37,286 nucleotides of DNA from a virus. Taxonomy: Duplodnaviria; Caudoviricetes. The notes below the pieces were generated by a model. The model searched no databases and was not told the DNA's origin. It saw only the letters and a list, made by a program, of their open reading frames with translations. Below, piece by piece: positions 36,157 to 37,286 of the stretch (position 1 is the stretch's first letter; each line of letters begins with the position of its first letter). The DNA lies in IMG/VR virus record IMGVR_UViG_3300011339_000690, positions 1 through 37,286 of that record. One strand, written 5' to 3'. A program made the position numbers and the translations under genes.

Positions 36157-36518
36157 TGAGTTGCGAAAAGTTTATTGGCAACCTGTTTCTGGCCCGTGAT
36201 GTTACCCATTCCGTTCACCTGAATACCCGTTCTTACGCCAAGCATGTGGCTCTTCAGGAGTTTTATGAGGGCGTTATCCCCTTGGCTGACAAGCTGGCTG
36301 AGGCGTACCAGGGTCGTCATGGCTTGATTGGCCCTATCTCCCTACAGTCTGCCAAGAAGACCAACAATGTTGTGGAGTTCTTGCAGGATCAACTTAAAGA
36401 CATTGAAGAAATGCGTTATGAGGTAGTTGAGAAAAGCGACTCTCCTCTTCAAAACATCATTGACGAAATTGTTGGTCTGTACCTGTCAACGCTTTACAAG
36501 TTGAGGTTCTTGTCGTGA
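36156..36518 (+). CDS. Ferritin/Dps-like four-helix protein (DUF5856-like)
   Basis: HSVHLNTRSYAKHVALQEFYE...DKLAEAYQG...QNIIDEI...TLYKL. Confidence 0.75.
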   Translation: MSCEKFIGNLFLARDVTHSVHLNTRSYAKHVALQEFYEGVIPLADKLAEAYQGRHGLIGPISLQSAKKTNNVVEFLQDQLKDIEEMRYEVVEKSDSPLQNIIDEIVGLYLSTLYKLRFLS

Positions 36519-36700
36519 AGATTGATTTTGAAATCACCAAGAACGGCTACACCTACCGCGATGCTCTGCACCTGCCGGATGACCATGGGTTGTCCGAGGC
36601 TGAGATTACAGCCATGCAAGAAGCACGGTTCGATGCTTGGTATGAGATCGTAACCAACCCGCCTGAACCTGCACCTGAAGAACCTGTTTCGGAGATTTAA
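36515..36700 (+). CDS. Hypothetical acidic protein
   Basis: GTGA overlap; GAGG RBS. Confidence 0.65.
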   Translation: MKIDFEITKNGYTYRDALHLPDDHGLSEAEITAMQEARFDAWYEIVTNPPEPAPEEPVSEI

Positions 36701-36703
36701 CAC

Positions 36704-37286
36704 ATGGCTGACAGATATTGGGTTGGCGGTACAGGCACTTGGAATAACACCAGCACTACTAACTGGTCTGCTACATCTGGCGGTGCTTCTGGTGCATCTG
36801 CGCCTACTAGCGTCGATAACGTGTTCTTTGATGCCAACTCCAACGTAGGCACAGGGACGTTTACGGTAACGACTGGTGGCACTACTCCTGCTTGTAACAA
36901 CTTCCTCGCTTCTGGTCTTGATGGCACGATGACGCTGACCGTCAGTGTGGCATTGAGCGTCTATGGTAATTTCACTGCACAAGCGACTAACTTTGCGGTT
37001 ACTTCCGGTACTGTTGCCATTCAGTTTGTTGGTTCAGGTACTCAGATCATAACCAGTAACGGCGTAACACTGACGACGATAAGCATAGGTTCAGCGACTG
37101 CGTTTCCAACGGTAGAGCTTGCTGATGCTATTAACACTGGCACAAGAACCATAGCTGTTATTGCCGGAACCTTTGACACCAAAGGGTACAATGTTACATG
37201 TAATATTTTTCAAACTTCTAACACGTCTGCATATACAAAAGCTATAAAATTAAATAACTCTACGGTTACTTTGTCTGCAAGCTTAG
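36704..37286 (+). CDS. N-terminal part of the beta-helix adhesin-like virion protein, 3'-truncated (not in ORF track)
   Basis: GGAG RBS; MADRYWVGGTGTWNNTSTTNWSATSGGASGASAPTSVDNVFFDANS..., open to the window end. Confidence 0.85.
   Translation, partial: MADRYWVGGTGTWNNTSTTNWSATSGGASGASAPTSVDNVFFDANSNVGTGTFTVTTGGTTPACNNFLASGLDGTMTLTVSVALSVYGNFTAQATNFAVTSGTVAIQFVGSGTQIITSNGVTLTTISIGSATAFPTVELADAINTGTRTIAVIAGTFDTKGYNVTCNIFQTSNTSAYTKAIKLNNSTVTLSASL

Larger units (their letters stand above)
1..37286. mobile_element. Near-complete tailed bacteriophage genome with P22-like morphogenesis and an APSE-like replication cassette; apparently lytic
   Basis: Terminase, portal, scaffold, coat, tail, lysis and replication modules are all present. 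No host genes or integrase seen. Both window ends fall in the same kind of gene. Confidence 0.95.

Noticed and set aside
37200-37286. Direct circular join or terminal repeat with base 1
   Set aside because: No sequence overlap, and joining shifts the frame into an early stop

Overview
A near-complete ~37 kb genome of a tailed phage with P22-like (podovirus) morphogenesis, probably from a Proteobacterial host. The window is opened inside one large beta-helix/adhesin-like gene: its N-terminus is at 36704-37286, its C-terminus is at 1-1191, and the two ends do not join in frame. The + strand late arm runs TerS, TerL, three Lys-rich mini-proteins, portal, ferritin-like protein, adhesin, scaffold, coat, decoration proteins, gp4/gp10/gp26-like tail, a cupin-SET-domain protein, three ejection proteins, tail fibre with chaperones, holins and a GH24 lysozyme. 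The - strand replication arm runs RHH regulator, DUF2800 nuclease, DUF2815 SSB, family-B DNA polymerase, VRR-NUC, SNF2 helicase, DUF3310 and dUTPase, and diverges from a Prim-Pol/PriCT/DUF3987 primase-helicase. A leftward early cassette of small ORFs is followed by a repeat-rich non-coding block before TerS. I saw no integrase, tRNA, CRISPR array or reverse transcriptase. The most unusual items are: (1) a SET-domain methyltransferase in the P22 gp14 slot, in a genome that also encodes three very Lys-rich small proteins; (2) a ~490 aa tandem SPRY-like insert in the gp10 tail hub; (3) an array of overlapping Dam and Dcm sites plus two IHF sites upstream of TerS; (4) an H-type RNA pseudoknot in front of the polymerase gene. 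All family names come from motif recognition and gene order, not database searches.
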